A stretch of DNA of 64,000 bases, from NCBI GenBank assembly GCA_016840085.1, contig JAEOTA010000054.1:1-64000 (forward strand), in the 5' to 3' direction. The notes below the pieces were generated by a model. That model did not search any database, was not told the DNA's origin, and was given only the letters and a program-made list of their open reading frames with translations. Every line of letters starts with the position of its first letter. Within the stretch, counting starts at the first letter, position 1. This document shows, in pieces, positions 20,139 to 31,009 of the stretch. The position numbers were made by a program, and so were the translations under genes. The stretch comes from Promethearchaeota archaeon (lineage in GTDB: Archaea > Asgardarchaeota > Lokiarchaeia > Sigyniarchaeales > SOKP01).

Positions 20139-20692
20139 ATTTTAGTGAGAATGAATTATTTGGAGCCGCTTTAATCGGATTTGATATGATAGATGGTCCA
20201 TTTCTCAAATGGAAAAAAGAATATAATAATACTAAAGTCGGTGTAAATTTAGATGATTTCGCTATGAATTTTTATCTGGCATTTCGAGGGGGTAACCAAG
20301 GTTCTAAAAAACCACGAGCAATTTTATATGATAAATTCTATATTGTGGCATTTCCACAAGATTTAGAACTATGTTGTCTTTTTATGAAACCTCATGATAT
20401 CGATGATAATATTAAGCAGTTAAATAAAATTGCGTCAAGAATTATCACAGAAATGGATAATGAGGAATTAGAAGATTCAAAATCTGAGGATTCCGATGTG
20501 GATACTGTGGAAGAAATTATGCGATTGATTCCGAATTTACTAAGTGAAACTAAGATGACTACTCCAGAATTAAGGCGATATTTTAAATTAAGTAATTCTC
20601 AAATTTGGAAAATTATGTCAGAATTGGAAAATTCACAAAAAATCAAGAGAGCAGGAAAAAAAGGTCGATCTGTATCTTGGATTGCCTGTTAA
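20135..20692 (+). CDS. Putative longin/uDENN-like domain plus C-terminal winged helix protein
   Basis: N-terminal LIGFDMIDGP (FD...GP), acidic linker, wHTH-like MTTPELRRYFKLSNSQIWKIMSELENSQKIKR; ATGA overlap with the GTPase gene. Confidence 0.55.
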   Translation: MNFSENELFGAALIGFDMIDGPFLKWKKEYNNTKVGVNLDDFAMNFYLAFRGGNQGSKKPRAILYDKFYIVAFPQDLELCCLFMKPHDIDDNIKQLNKIASRIITEMDNEELEDSKSEDSDVDTVEEIMRLIPNLLSETKMTTPELRRYFKLSNSQIWKIMSELENSQKIKRAGKKGRSVSWIAC

Positions 20693-20713
20693 AATAAATT
20701 TTTATATCTTTTT

Positions 20714-21523
20714 TTATCTTGTTCTATGAACCCAATTTTTTAATTTTGTATAGTATCTTGAAAACATAATATAGCAGATATCAGGTAAATCTTTTTCAAG
20801 ATTATTAACTGTAATATATCGGAGAATATGGTTAATTAAGAAGATCCCAATTAATTCTATATGATAACTACTTATATTCTTACTTAGATTCTCACCTGAG
20901 AATTTAATATCTAAACCTGTATCTTTATTCCAAACAGTTTCTATAAAAATCTTAGGAAATATCTCTTTTTTTATTCTCCATCCTTCAGTAAGTTTCCACA
21001 CTTTAACTCCAAGAAATACCTCAAGCTTTTCTTTATCCCCATCTTTTAACAATTCGAAAGGTTTAGTTCTCTGTAATAAGACTTTTTTCATTAAATCAGA
21101 TTTAGAATCATAACTCTGTTCAAATAGTTCTTGACTTTTCAATTTTCTTTCTATTAAATCCATTACTATATCGATATACGTTGCACTATCTTCTCCTGGA
21201 ACCCAAGTGGCTCTTTCTCCTGAAAAATAAAATTTAAATTCAGCTTCAATATCATCTCCAAATTCATCACCAAAATAAGAATAAGCCATATGTATATTAA
21301 TTTCAGGAAACATTTCAATAGTTATTGTCCAATCTTCACTGAAACCAATGTTTTCAATTTTTCCTCCAAGATTTTCTTCTATAATTTGTTTTAATTGTTT
21401 TATATCGATTCCAGTAAATAAAGGATACTTAGCATTACTAATATCTTCAAGCTCTTTTTCATGCGGCCCTCTTACACCAGTGGCATCAATCTGCCCTACT
21501 GTCCATAATTTTCTTTTTGACAT
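20714..21523 (-). CDS. Hypothetical protein with internal duplication (DUF3786-like)
   Basis: Repeated WTITIEMFPEINIH / WRIKKEIFPKIFIE units; GDEFGD..EAEFKFYF. Confidence 0.55.
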   Translation of the reverse strand: MSKRKLWTVGQIDATGVRGPHEKELEDISNAKYPLFTGIDIKQLKQIIEENLGGKIENIGFSEDWTITIEMFPEINIHMAYSYFGDEFGDDIEAEFKFYFSGERATWVPGEDSATYIDIVMDLIERKLKSQELFEQSYDSKSDLMKKVLLQRTKPFELLKDGDKEKLEVFLGVKVWKLTEGWRIKKEIFPKIFIETVWNKDTGLDIKFSGENLSKNISSYHIELIGIFLINHILRYITVNNLEKDLPDICYIMFSRYYTKLKNWVHRTR

Positions 21524-21534
21524 AATGAGAGTAA

Positions 21535-22839
21535 TTATCCCTTTTTTTTGAATTTTCCTATGAAAAACCCTTGCGTTTGATGTACTGATGGAAATAATCT
21601 TCCTGTTCCAGTTAGAATAGAATTATTAACTTTATAACTTGGAGAAACCCATGTGGGTAAGTCTAAAGGTTCTAAATCATCTAAAAAATCTAGAATTCTA
21701 TATTCTCCTTCTTCAGGATATAAACTGCAAGTAGAATAGACAAAAATACCATTTGGTTTTAACAGCTTTATAGCGCTTTCAATTAATTTTCTCTGTAAAG
21801 TAATGTTTTGGTAAAGAAAATCCTCATTTTGACGCCATTTTATCTCCGGATTAGATAAAAATGACCCACTTCCAGTACAAGGGGCATCTAATAAGATTCG
21901 ATCGAAATAATTCTCAAATCTGAGTGGAAAGTCAATGCTATCTTCATTTAGAATATTTATATTTGGGATTTTCAAGTCTAATAATAGGTTTCTCATTGTT
22001 TTAGTTCTTTCAGTATGAAAATCTCCTGCTATAATACATGATTTATTATTTGTTAGATACGCTATTAAGCTGGTCTTAATTCCAGGTGCTGCACAAAAAT
22101 CACAGATTTTCTCATTCATTTTTGGTTCTAAAGAAGTTACAATTAGTGCAGAACCTTTATCCAATATGATTAAATCTCCAGATTGATATGATTCTGATCT
22201 TAAAATCTCGCTTTTATATTTTATTGTTATGTGAAAAAGATTTGTTATATCTTTATCTTCATGAAAAATCGCTTTCTCTTTAAATGCATTTTCTATATTT
22301 TTTTTTACAAACACTGTGAATGTTGTTTTTTTTGAAAAATCATTCATACTATGTATGTTTTCTTTTAAAAAGTCAAATGATACAATATTAGAGAGACGTT
22401 GGACAACAAAACTCGGTATGGCTTCTTCAATACTTAATTTTTCTTGGGGACTTTTACCCCTTAATGCCTTATCCCATGAAAAAGATCGTAGTTTGTTTAG
22501 AAAGATTGAGAAAATTTCTTTATCTGAATTTATATATGGTTCTATTTCTTTCAATACTGATTTATTTGGTGCGTCTTCCCAAACTGTGCGGTAAGTCGAA
22601 TAAAGATATTTCTCAATCTCAATCATATCGAAAGAATCAGAATTTTCTATAGATCTAAATGTCTTTTTTATTAAAAAATTTAACTTGCTCCAAAATCGAA
22701 TAATTTCATGGTAATAGTGAAATATTATAGGATCTATTCTATCTAATTCTGTGAGTTTAATTACTTCACCCTTCAAGAATCTATTTAGAAGATTCAGAAT
22801 TCTTTGAGTTTTTTTAGCATTAATCAATTCTTTTTCCAT
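21535..22839 (-). CDS. RsmB/NOP2/Sun family RNA m5C methyltransferase
   Basis: DFCAAPGIKT, DRILLDAPCTGSG, YSTCS, GFFI. Confidence 0.93.
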   Translation of the reverse strand: MEKELINAKKTQRILNLLNRFLKGEVIKLTELDRIDPIIFHYYHEIIRFWSKLNFLIKKTFRSIENSDSFDMIEIEKYLYSTYRTVWEDAPNKSVLKEIEPYINSDKEIFSIFLNKLRSFSWDKALRGKSPQEKLSIEEAIPSFVVQRLSNIVSFDFLKENIHSMNDFSKKTTFTVFVKKNIENAFKEKAIFHEDKDITNLFHITIKYKSEILRSESYQSGDLIILDKGSALIVTSLEPKMNEKICDFCAAPGIKTSLIAYLTNNKSCIIAGDFHTERTKTMRNLLLDLKIPNINILNEDSIDFPLRFENYFDRILLDAPCTGSGSFLSNPEIKWRQNEDFLYQNITLQRKLIESAIKLLKPNGIFVYSTCSLYPEEGEYRILDFLDDLEPLDLPTWVSPSYKVNNSILTGTGRLFPSVHQTQGFFIGKFKKKG

Positions 22840-22954
22840 TATATTTTATTATTCCACCAAGTAATAAAAATTGGTCTCTTTAAGTGTTAAATACAGATTT
22901 AGTTCTAATTCAACTAAATCAATTTAAATTTAAATTAAAAAAAAGGTATATAGT

Positions 22955-24289
22955 ATGAATAAACCAGACTTAATGAAACCAGCTTCAGCTCCAGAGGATT
23001 ATAAAGCTATAAAAATATATTCACTTCATAGAATTTTTCTTGCTCTCCATCTTTTCTCATATGGAGCAGTAATGGCTCTTTTAATTTTAATGTGGTCGTT
23101 AACAGCAATTAATACTTTCTTTTGGCCTATATTCCCAATCTTAGGCTGGGGAATAGCTGTTGGCATACATCTAATTGCCTACTTAATGTATTTTGATAAG
23201 GTATCATATTTTACGAAGATAAAACGTCAATCTACATTTGGGATATTATTTATTTTTCATGCGTTTATCTTTGTTATGACAAATCTTATCATAATCTCTG
23301 GAAACTTCCTAATCCCAGATAACATTTACTTCTACTGGCCTTTAAGTATATGGGGCATTGGTATGGCCTATCACACACTTGGATTTTTCACCTGGGAAAA
23401 AGTGATGGAGTTTGAAAAGAACAAGATGAAAAGAAAGCATCCTGACTACGAAGAGAAAAAGATTAAAATATTGACTAAATCAAAAGTCGTTAATTTCTGG
23501 ATTTTTCTAGCACATATTACATATTTCATAGTTCTTACAATCCTGATTTATACTGTTATCCCAGACCTTCTTGACACTACAATTGAAAACTTAAATGCTA
23601 TTGATAATACAATTACTTGGAGTACCTTATTAGGCCACCATATATTTAGCTATTTACTTTATTTCTATAATGAATCCATTAAACCAGTATTAAAAGGACT
23701 AATTATCCATATTACACTATATATAGCATCCAATATTCTGATAATCTACCAATGGTTTAAATCTGATTTAACTTATTTCTGGCCAATATATTCTTTAGTC
23801 TTATGGGGTGCTATTATTGGTATCCATGTATTTTTATCCATGAGATATGATTATATGATAAAAGATGCTTTAACTAAGATTGAGAAATATTATGAAGGTG
23901 CAGATAAATATAAGTTACATTCCGAAGCACGAGTGCTTCTTATCTGTCAGTATTCTTTCATTTCTCATTTACTTGTTTATGCAACAGGAATAATTCTAAT
24001 AGCTATTCAGATGGTTATTATAGGTATGGACTTAGGAGATATTATTCATCCGATAATGGGATGGATGATTGGTGTTGCTATTCATGGAGCCCTGTATTTA
24101 ATCATTCTTTTAAATATAAGGGGATTTTGGAAATGGACTTTTACATTCCATTTTGCAGCATACATTTCAACAAGTATTTACCTCATAATTCTTAATGTTA
24201 TAACTGGAGGAATCTTATGGAGCGCAATAGCGATAACAGGATGGGGAATTGGTATAGGAATTCATGCCATTTTAGCTTTTGTTCGCTAA
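22955..24289 (+). CDS. Membrane protein built from repeated 2TM-like domains
   Basis: Repeats FWPIFPILGWGIAVGIH, FYWPLSIWGIGMAYH, FWPIYSLVLWGAIIGIH, HPIMGWMIGVAIH, AITGWGIGIGIH. Confidence 0.75.
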   Translation: MNKPDLMKPASAPEDYKAIKIYSLHRIFLALHLFSYGAVMALLILMWSLTAINTFFWPIFPILGWGIAVGIHLIAYLMYFDKVSYFTKIKRQSTFGILFIFHAFIFVMTNLIIISGNFLIPDNIYFYWPLSIWGIGMAYHTLGFFTWEKVMEFEKNKMKRKHPDYEEKKIKILTKSKVVNFWIFLAHITYFIVLTILIYTVIPDLLDTTIENLNAIDNTITWSTLLGHHIFSYLLYFYNESIKPVLKGLIIHITLYIASNILIIYQWFKSDLTYFWPIYSLVLWGAIIGIHVFLSMRYDYMIKDALTKIEKYYEGADKYKLHSEARVLLICQYSFISHLLVYATGIILIAIQMVIIGMDLGDIIHPIMGWMIGVAIHGALYLIILLNIRGFWKWTFTFHFAAYISTSIYLIILNVITGGILWSAIAITGWGIGIGIHAILAFVR

Positions 24290-24369
24290 AATTCCCAAAT
24301 TTTTTTTATAATTTTTCAAATTTCAAGGAAAAAATAATAAAAAATAAGAAAAATTTTTTTTTTAAATAT

Positions 24370-27300
24370 TTATTCTAATTTAGCCGGAATTAGAAGCCCT
24401 TTTGATTTTAATTCTAAAATAGTATAAATTATTTCATTGCGTGATTCTTTTCTTCCAGCCATAGCGAAGTTTAAGAGACTTGATACGAAGAAAAATTTCT
24501 TTTCTTTCTGAATTTGCTCTGCCACTCTGATAAGAGCTTTTTCTAAACCCTTTAATTTAATTACTTCATAATGCTTTCCTAATTGAAGTGGATATACTAA
24601 TGTAATATTGAAATACTTTTCAATTAAGTCATCAGCTCCTCTAAAGGGTGTGATATCTCCTGTAAAATCCTTTAAATTTTCTCGATATCGTTTTTCAAAA
24701 TGTTCTGTAAATAACCATTGGTTCTCTTTCAATTTCTCTGAAGGTACACCATCTAATATTAAAGCTACTCGTATAAAATCACCATCAGTAATCACAATTT
24801 TAAAATCATAATAATCCATTTCAAATCCTTCACCTTTAGCAGTTTCCTCTGCACCTTTTTTAATTTCATATCTGAATTGTGAAATAGCCTGTAGGAACCC
24901 AGAGATTAAATCAGCATCAATACCTTCCAGAGAAATTTGCCTATCATATATTGAAACTCCTACTTCTTTATGTATAATCATAATATAGGAGGTTTTAATT
25001 AAATCATCTAAAATCAATGCTTCTTCTGACCAAATCCTTCTTAACCTTGCATTTTTATAATATCTTACCGTGAGAAAAGAGATAATAGCAGCTAATCCAA
25101 TAATTATATATGGCAAAAACTTGAGAAGATTATCCATAAATATAGTATATTCATCGACAATCTTTATATAATCTGAATATATTTCGTTGCTAGCATAACG
25201 TCTCTGTTCAGCAATTCTAACTCGGATGAAAAATCTACTTCCTGTATTTTCTAAATTTAAAGAAGCTCTAGCCTCTCCATCTTCATCGGAACTATCCGTT
25301 GCATCAGAGATTGTAATATTATTTGCATTTAATAATTCAAAAATGATTTTTAAACCTTTTATAGGTTTTCCACCTGGTTCCATAATTTTTACTTCAAATA
25401 TTCTAGTTCCTGTCATATATCGGGAAGCTGGAAAATCAATAAATTCTATAATTGGCTCTATTTTAAATACCTCACAAAAGATTATTACATCAAATCTAAT
25501 AATATTCCAAAGGGAGGATAGGTCGAATTCAAAAAATCCTTCCTCTGATATATCAGCGTTATCAATATTGCCTTCCCAAATGCCTTTACCAATTCCATCA
25601 TCTGAAATTAGCGTACCAAAATTTTTCATGAAAATATCAGAAGGTTTCAACATATTATTATTTATTCCAAATCCAATTTTAGAGGTAATATCTGAGGAAA
25701 ACGCATTCTGAACATGGAAATTTAAGGTAAATTCATCAATTGAGACATTTATCCCTTTAAACGTACCATTTCCTATAAATCGAAGTCTCATTCTAAGAGA
25801 ATTATCCTCACTTTCATTAAGCAAATGCATTATAATCCACGTATAGTAGGAATCAAATTTTAGTATTTTAGTATCTTCACTAATATCTGCAAAAGTCTTG
25901 TTATCAGAAAATTGTATCCAATCTGCTCCATAGAATAAAGGAAAATCACCACTATTATATATTTCTAACATAGCATGAGTAAGATTTGAAGGATCTTGAA
26001 TAGTTACGTTAGAACTAATCCGAAAATCAATCTGATATATTCTAGGATTCGGTAAATTTAAGATCCATTCTAATGGATCATCTACATCCCATAAAGAGCT
26101 ATCTAAATTAGTTAATACATTAAATTTAAAATCAATTATAGTGGTATTTGAATCGGAATCTCCAAGAACTTTAAGAAATTTATTATCATTTTCCTTAAGA
26201 GATTCAATTATTTCATTGTTAGGAGTATTAAAAGTACTATTCAATAGACTTACATTATTAGCGTAATGTAAATCATGTATTATTGGATCATACTTTTGAA
26301 CTGTTTTAATAGTCTTAATTTCTCCTATTTCGATGTTAAATAAATTCATTGAAGTATTATAAGCATTAACAGCATCTTTACCCTTATATAAAACGAAAAA
26401 TATAATAGAATTATTTCCATTAGGTGCGGTGTTCATATGTTGTATTACTTCAAGTTTTTCTTCTGGTTCTATAGCAGTATAATATTGTAAAAATTCAGAT
26501 TTTTGTGTTATGTTTATTTTGGATTTATAATTATAATCAAATTTCAGAGTATCAGGATTCCACCAAAACAATAAAGAATAACCGATGCGATTAACATCGC
26601 TAACATTTGCAACAATAGAAAAATTTATACTAAAAATGATATTGTTTAAAATATTTCTCCACTCATACGGTTTTTCTTTCCTTATATCTTTTAAATCGTC
26701 CCAAGTATAAGCTGAATTCGTTAAATTATCAATTTCAAATCTAACGTAATAGAACACTTGTTGATATAATCCTACAAGTGTGCTTTCTACTGTATATCTA
26801 TCCTCATCAACATTTTTAAATGAGAAATTATCTCCTTCTATAAGAGTACCATTTAAGTATTGATTTTCTATGACATCTTCTTTATTATAAGTTAGGTTTA
26901 TAAACTGAGGAGATTGTGCAAAAGTTTCTCCTTCCCCTATATCATTGGGATCACCACCGTCTGGATTTAAGTATAAGAATTTTGGACCACCCCCAGTTCT
27001 CACATCATTTGGAGGTATTTTAATTTTTATTGCAAACCAGTAACTTTTAACACCAACTTCAATTGTCCAGTTTGTATTCAAAATATTTAAAAAAATTGGT
27101 CCTATGTCTGAATTTTTAAAGTCAAACATTTCCCAGTGAGCTACCATATTATTTGGATGAGGCTTTTTTAACGTTCCTAATATGTCATTTGAGTTCGGTG
27201 TACCAATGGGATCATTTGAGCAATTTACTATAGAAGCCTCCCATGAATTCTCATCTGTGTAATTATCTTCATCAATTACATCTTGAATAAAGATACTCAC

Positions 27301-27729
27301 ATTATTGATATATTGATCTGTTTTAACCGCAAATTTTTGATATACAAATATTGGCTCTATATCAGAATAAGTCATAATAAATTCTGTTGGGTCAGTTTCA
27401 ATATTTCTCGTATAATTAATAGCGGTAATATTTTCAAAGTATAATTTAGCATATGAGATATTATAATTTGGTATGAAAATTGTTGGTTGATTATTTAAAC
27501 TTGGCAGGTCCTTGTTAATATAACAATCTTTATTAAACACTGTTAAATTGCTGAAAATCTTACCTGTACGATTAATAGCTTGAGGGTAAATAACATGAGA
27601 TTCATTACTATAATTAAATCTATTATTATCATTTATCAAAAAGCAGGAAATAGGCAAGCAAGTCATATACAGTAGAAATATAACGTATAAAGATTTCTTT
27701 TTAAAGATTTTCATTGAAAAAATCCTCAT
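24370..27729 (-). CDS. Large single-pass surface protein with cytoplasmic longin-like domain
   Basis: Signal peptide, ~850 aa Asn-rich ectodomain with many NxS/T sites, TM FLPYIIIGLAAIISFLTV, then YIMIIHKEVGVSIY...DADLISGFLQAISQF and a wHTH-like tail. Confidence 0.8.
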   Translation of the reverse strand: MRIFSMKIFKKKSLYVIFLLYMTCLPISCFLINDNNRFNYSNESHVIYPQAINRTGKIFSNLTVFNKDCYINKDLPSLNNQPTIFIPNYNISYAKLYFENITAINYTRNIETDPTEFIMTYSDIEPIFVYQKFAVKTDQYINNVSIFIQDVIDEDNYTDENSWEASIVNCSNDPIGTPNSNDILGTLKKPHPNNMVAHWEMFDFKNSDIGPIFLNILNTNWTIEVGVKSYWFAIKIKIPPNDVRTGGGPKFLYLNPDGGDPNDIGEGETFAQSPQFINLTYNKEDVIENQYLNGTLIEGDNFSFKNVDEDRYTVESTLVGLYQQVFYYVRFEIDNLTNSAYTWDDLKDIRKEKPYEWRNILNNIIFSINFSIVANVSDVNRIGYSLLFWWNPDTLKFDYNYKSKINITQKSEFLQYYTAIEPEEKLEVIQHMNTAPNGNNSIIFFVLYKGKDAVNAYNTSMNLFNIEIGEIKTIKTVQKYDPIIHDLHYANNVSLLNSTFNTPNNEIIESLKENDNKFLKVLGDSDSNTTIIDFKFNVLTNLDSSLWDVDDPLEWILNLPNPRIYQIDFRISSNVTIQDPSNLTHAMLEIYNSGDFPLFYGADWIQFSDNKTFADISEDTKILKFDSYYTWIIMHLLNESEDNSLRMRLRFIGNGTFKGINVSIDEFTLNFHVQNAFSSDITSKIGFGINNNMLKPSDIFMKNFGTLISDDGIGKGIWEGNIDNADISEEGFFEFDLSSLWNIIRFDVIIFCEVFKIEPIIEFIDFPASRYMTGTRIFEVKIMEPGGKPIKGLKIIFELLNANNITISDATDSSDEDGEARASLNLENTGSRFFIRVRIAEQRRYASNEIYSDYIKIVDEYTIFMDNLLKFLPYIIIGLAAIISFLTVRYYKNARLRRIWSEEALILDDLIKTSYIMIIHKEVGVSIYDRQISLEGIDADLISGFLQAISQFRYEIKKGAEETAKGEGFEMDYYDFKIVITDGDFIRVALILDGVPSEKLKENQWLFTEHFEKRYRENLKDFTGDITPFRGADDLIEKYFNITLVYPLQLGKHYEVIKLKGLEKALIRVAEQIQKEKKFFFVSSLLNFAMAGRKESRNEIIYTILELKSKGLLIPAKLE

Positions 27730-27860
27730 TTTTTATAAATTTGAGAAAAATTAAGTTAGGTAACTAGTGATGTATTATATTTTTAAAATTAGTTTTTCTA
27801 ATGTACTAGAAAAACCAATCAGGTAAAGAAATGAAATTTAGGTACAAGTTTTAAGATTTA

Positions 27861-29105
27861 TCAAATTGTACTTTTTATTAAATCCTCTAACTCTTTTTCT
27901 GTAATGAATCTTTTTTCGGTTATTATATCATGTGCTTTTTTGATAAGTATTTCTCTATAATTTTCATAATTTTTAATACCCATTTGTTCACATTTTATTT
28001 TAAGAGCATCTCCGTGTAAGGTAGTCGGACCAAATATTATATGTTCTTCTTGTCCTACGACTTCTGGCTTAAATGGTGTAAAACACATCCAAAACTTTTC
28101 TTTCTCTAAAGCTCCCATTACATGAAGCTCACTTTCATGTAAGAATGTGTTTCTACCAACGATAGGTTTGTTATAAGGCAATGGAACACCAGATACTTTT
28201 TCGATAAATTTACTCAAATTATATAATTTAGAGAGATCTATTCCAGTATCAACGCCATACAACATTTCTAAGGCAACAACAACTTCCTCGAAGGATGTAT
28301 TACCTGCTCGATCTCCAAGTTTATTTACTACTAAATCCATATATGATGCACCCTGTTCTACAGCTGCTATTGTTGAAGCTGTTCCTAAACCAAAATCATC
28401 ATGAACATGAATTCCTATTGGAATCTCTTTTGTAATAGACTTTAATTGCTTTATTAAATAAGAAATAGCAGGAATATTACATGCCCCTACAGTATCATAT
28501 AACATTATCATTTTAACCCCATGTTTTATTCCTTGTGTAATGGCGAGCATTAAAATTGATAAGTCTGATCGAGTAACATCCACGCAATCTAAAATAGCTT
28601 CTGCTCCCATTCTTTTAATCCTTTTTAATACTGAGGGAATCATTGACACCATTACATCTGGATTTATCTTTTCATCACCTGTAAATAATTGAAGTTGCCA
28701 TTTTGTTAGAACAATTCCAAAGCCTATATAATCAATCTTTGCTTCTAAAGATTTATTAATTTCTTCAGTCCATCTTGTAGGATTCGAACTTAAGTGTGAA
28801 TAGGTCTTTAATTTTATACCTAATTCTTTGATTTGATTAGCTAAATTCCATTGATCTTGAACTTGTCCAATATATCCACAATCTATATGTTCAACACCAA
28901 TATCTTCTAATTTTTCAACTATTTTAACCTTTTGTTCTAAAGTGTAATAGACGCCAGGAGTTTCTTCCCCTTCTCGGATGGTTGAATCTCTTACATAAAC
29001 TTTTTTTGGAAGTTCAAAAGAATCTCTCACGTTATTGATATAATTTAAAGGAGACACCCACCATTTATTATTAAACCATTTAGTATTTTCTTCCATTTTC
29101 TTCAA
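27861..29105 (-). CDS. LeuA/homocitrate synthase family (DRE-TIM) protein, no regulatory domain
   Basis: RDSTIREGEETPG, HVHDDFGLG, LGDRAGNT, NKPIVG..FLHES. Confidence 0.88.
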   Translation of the reverse strand: MKKMEENTKWFNNKWWVSPLNYINNVRDSFELPKKVYVRDSTIREGEETPGVYYTLEQKVKIVEKLEDIGVEHIDCGYIGQVQDQWNLANQIKELGIKLKTYSHLSSNPTRWTEEINKSLEAKIDYIGFGIVLTKWQLQLFTGDEKINPDVMVSMIPSVLKRIKRMGAEAILDCVDVTRSDLSILMLAITQGIKHGVKMIMLYDTVGACNIPAISYLIKQLKSITKEIPIGIHVHDDFGLGTASTIAAVEQGASYMDLVVNKLGDRAGNTSFEEVVVALEMLYGVDTGIDLSKLYNLSKFIEKVSGVPLPYNKPIVGRNTFLHESELHVMGALEKEKFWMCFTPFKPEVVGQEEHIIFGPTTLHGDALKIKCEQMGIKNYENYREILIKKAHDIITEKRFITEKELEDLIKSTI

Positions 29106-29145
29106 TCAATTCTTTTTTAAATTATTAAAAATTAAATTAAGCATT

Positions 29146-30333
29146 TTATATAATTACTTTTCTTGCTAAATTTTCAAGTTCTTCTTCTGAGATATATTCT
29201 TGTGTCTTTATTTTATCTTGGATCTTTCGACGGAGAATTTTGATATGTTTATCCGTTGGTTTTAATGCCATTTTAGCTAATTTCGCTCTTATTGCCCTAT
29301 CTTGAAGTGTTGTAGCACCAAATATTAATTTACGGGATTGCCCAACAACATGTGGCTGAAATAATTCCCATGTTACCCAATTACCGATTAGAATCTGCTC
29401 AACATGTAAATCGGATTCATGAACAAAACAATTTTTTCCTACAATTGCTTTATGAGGTTGTAATGGTGTTTTGCTGTATTTTTCGATAAGTTGAGATACC
29501 TCCATTATTTTATCTAATTTAATGTTAGTATTTATTCCATATAATATTTCAAGTGCCATAATAACCTCTTCTGTAGCCGCATTACCTGCTCTATCTCCAA
29601 GCCCATTGAATACAACATCTACTATTTCAGCTCCACCCTCCACTCCTGCTAATGTAGTTGCAACAGCTAATCCTAAATCATTATGAGTATGAACTTCTAC
29701 TGGAATATCTTTAACAATATTTTTAGTAAATTCAACATTATCTTTAAATGAGATTGGTAATGCACACCCATTTCCATCATATACTACAATCCTATCAACT
29801 CCAGCTTCTAAAGCAAGTTCACAAAATTTTTTCCAATATTTAGGGATAACCCTACCTGATCCAAATGCCACATAAGCATTTTGAGATTTAGCATATTCAA
29901 TGCCCTCTGTAATTCGATCAAAAACAGCGTTCTTAGTTTTTAAAACAGGATCAGGAACCAGTAAAAAGTTAATAATATCTGCTCCTGCATCTATGATATC
30001 ATCTACTTCATTTTTCACATCTTCAGTATACATTCTCGCATGCGAAGATAATTTCATCTTAATTCCTTCCTTTTTAAGTGCTTTAAATGTCTCAGCATGC
30101 TCTTTAATTCCCGCAGCATAACCTACTTCAATTTCGGGGATTCCCATTTCTTCTAACAATTTTGCAATTTCCACTTTTTGGTCTACTGTAAAATAAGTTC
30201 ACGGAGTTTCTTCTCCCTCTCTTAAAGTATCATCTTTAATGATGATTTTTTCTGGTAAATTAATTTGATTACGTATAGAATCGGCAAAATCCCATTCAAA
30301 GCTCCACCAACGTTGTTCTTTATCAATTCTCAT
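29146..30333 (-). pseudogene. Second LeuA/homocitrate synthase paralog interrupted by in-frame TGA at 30199-30201
   Basis: MRIDKEQRWWS...KDDTLREGEETP*TYFTVDQKVEIAK continues in frame into ORF 29146..30174 (HTHNDLG, LGDRAGNA); the stop aligns to conserved Gly (GGA). Confidence 0.85.
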
Positions 30334-30484
30334 AGAAGCCCAAGCATTTATCCACAAAATTTTTCACATCAATTATTTTTAAAAAATTAAATCATAAGAG
30401 GTGTTCTATAAAAAAATATTTGATCTTAATTAATTAATAAATATCTTTTTGGAAACGAAATTGAATTGAGTTCAGAATTTTAGT

Positions 30485-31009
30485 TTAATAATATTCCAAA
30501 TTAACTTTATTTTTGATTATATCGAATAGAGTTATACCTAGCGATGCCAAAATAACTTCAGAAATTAGAACATAAATAAAATTCAACCAAATTGGCAGCG
30601 CATAAACTATATACAAGATTATTGCAACATAAAATGAAATTATTATTGCATATAAAATACCTCCTAGATATTTCAAATATTCTTTATCTCTGAGATAAAT
30701 AATACAATACAATGCGGGAATATTAACAAAACAACTAACTAAATCAATTGGACCTAAAGGTGATGTTAAGTTAACAAAAAAAACTCCCAAAACATTACCA
30801 ATTAGACCTTCAATTGGGAAAAGGAGACACATTCCGACTATTAATTCAGCTACACGAAATTGTAACCCAAGGAAACTTATCGGTTGAAAAATATACCCTA
30901 AAGCAGTATACAAGGCAGCTGTAATAGCTATCAAAGCAATTCTTAAACTTATACTAATTTCATTAATACTTTTTGATTCTTTTTCATTCTCAATAGATTC
31001 ATTGCTCAA
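30485..31009 (-). CDS. queT: QueT family ECF transporter S-component (queuosine precursor)
   Basis: AALYTAL...PISFLGLQFRVAE...G.F.VNL.SPLGPID. Confidence 0.8.
   Translation of the reverse strand: MSNESIENEKESKSINEISISLRIALIAITAALYTALGYIFQPISFLGLQFRVAELIVGMCLLFPIEGLIGNVLGVFFVNLTSPLGPIDLVSCFVNIPALYCIIYLRDKEYLKYLGGILYAIIISFYVAIILYIVYALPIWLNFIYVLISEVILASLGITLFDIIKNKVNLEYY

Noticed and set aside
24290-24369. T/A-rich quasi-palindrome between convergent genes as a structured RNA
   Set aside because: Low complexity; better explained as oligo-T terminators on both strands
30199-30201. In-frame TGA as selenocysteine
   Set aside because: It aligns to conserved Gly (GGA in the paralog), so a single G>T change explains it
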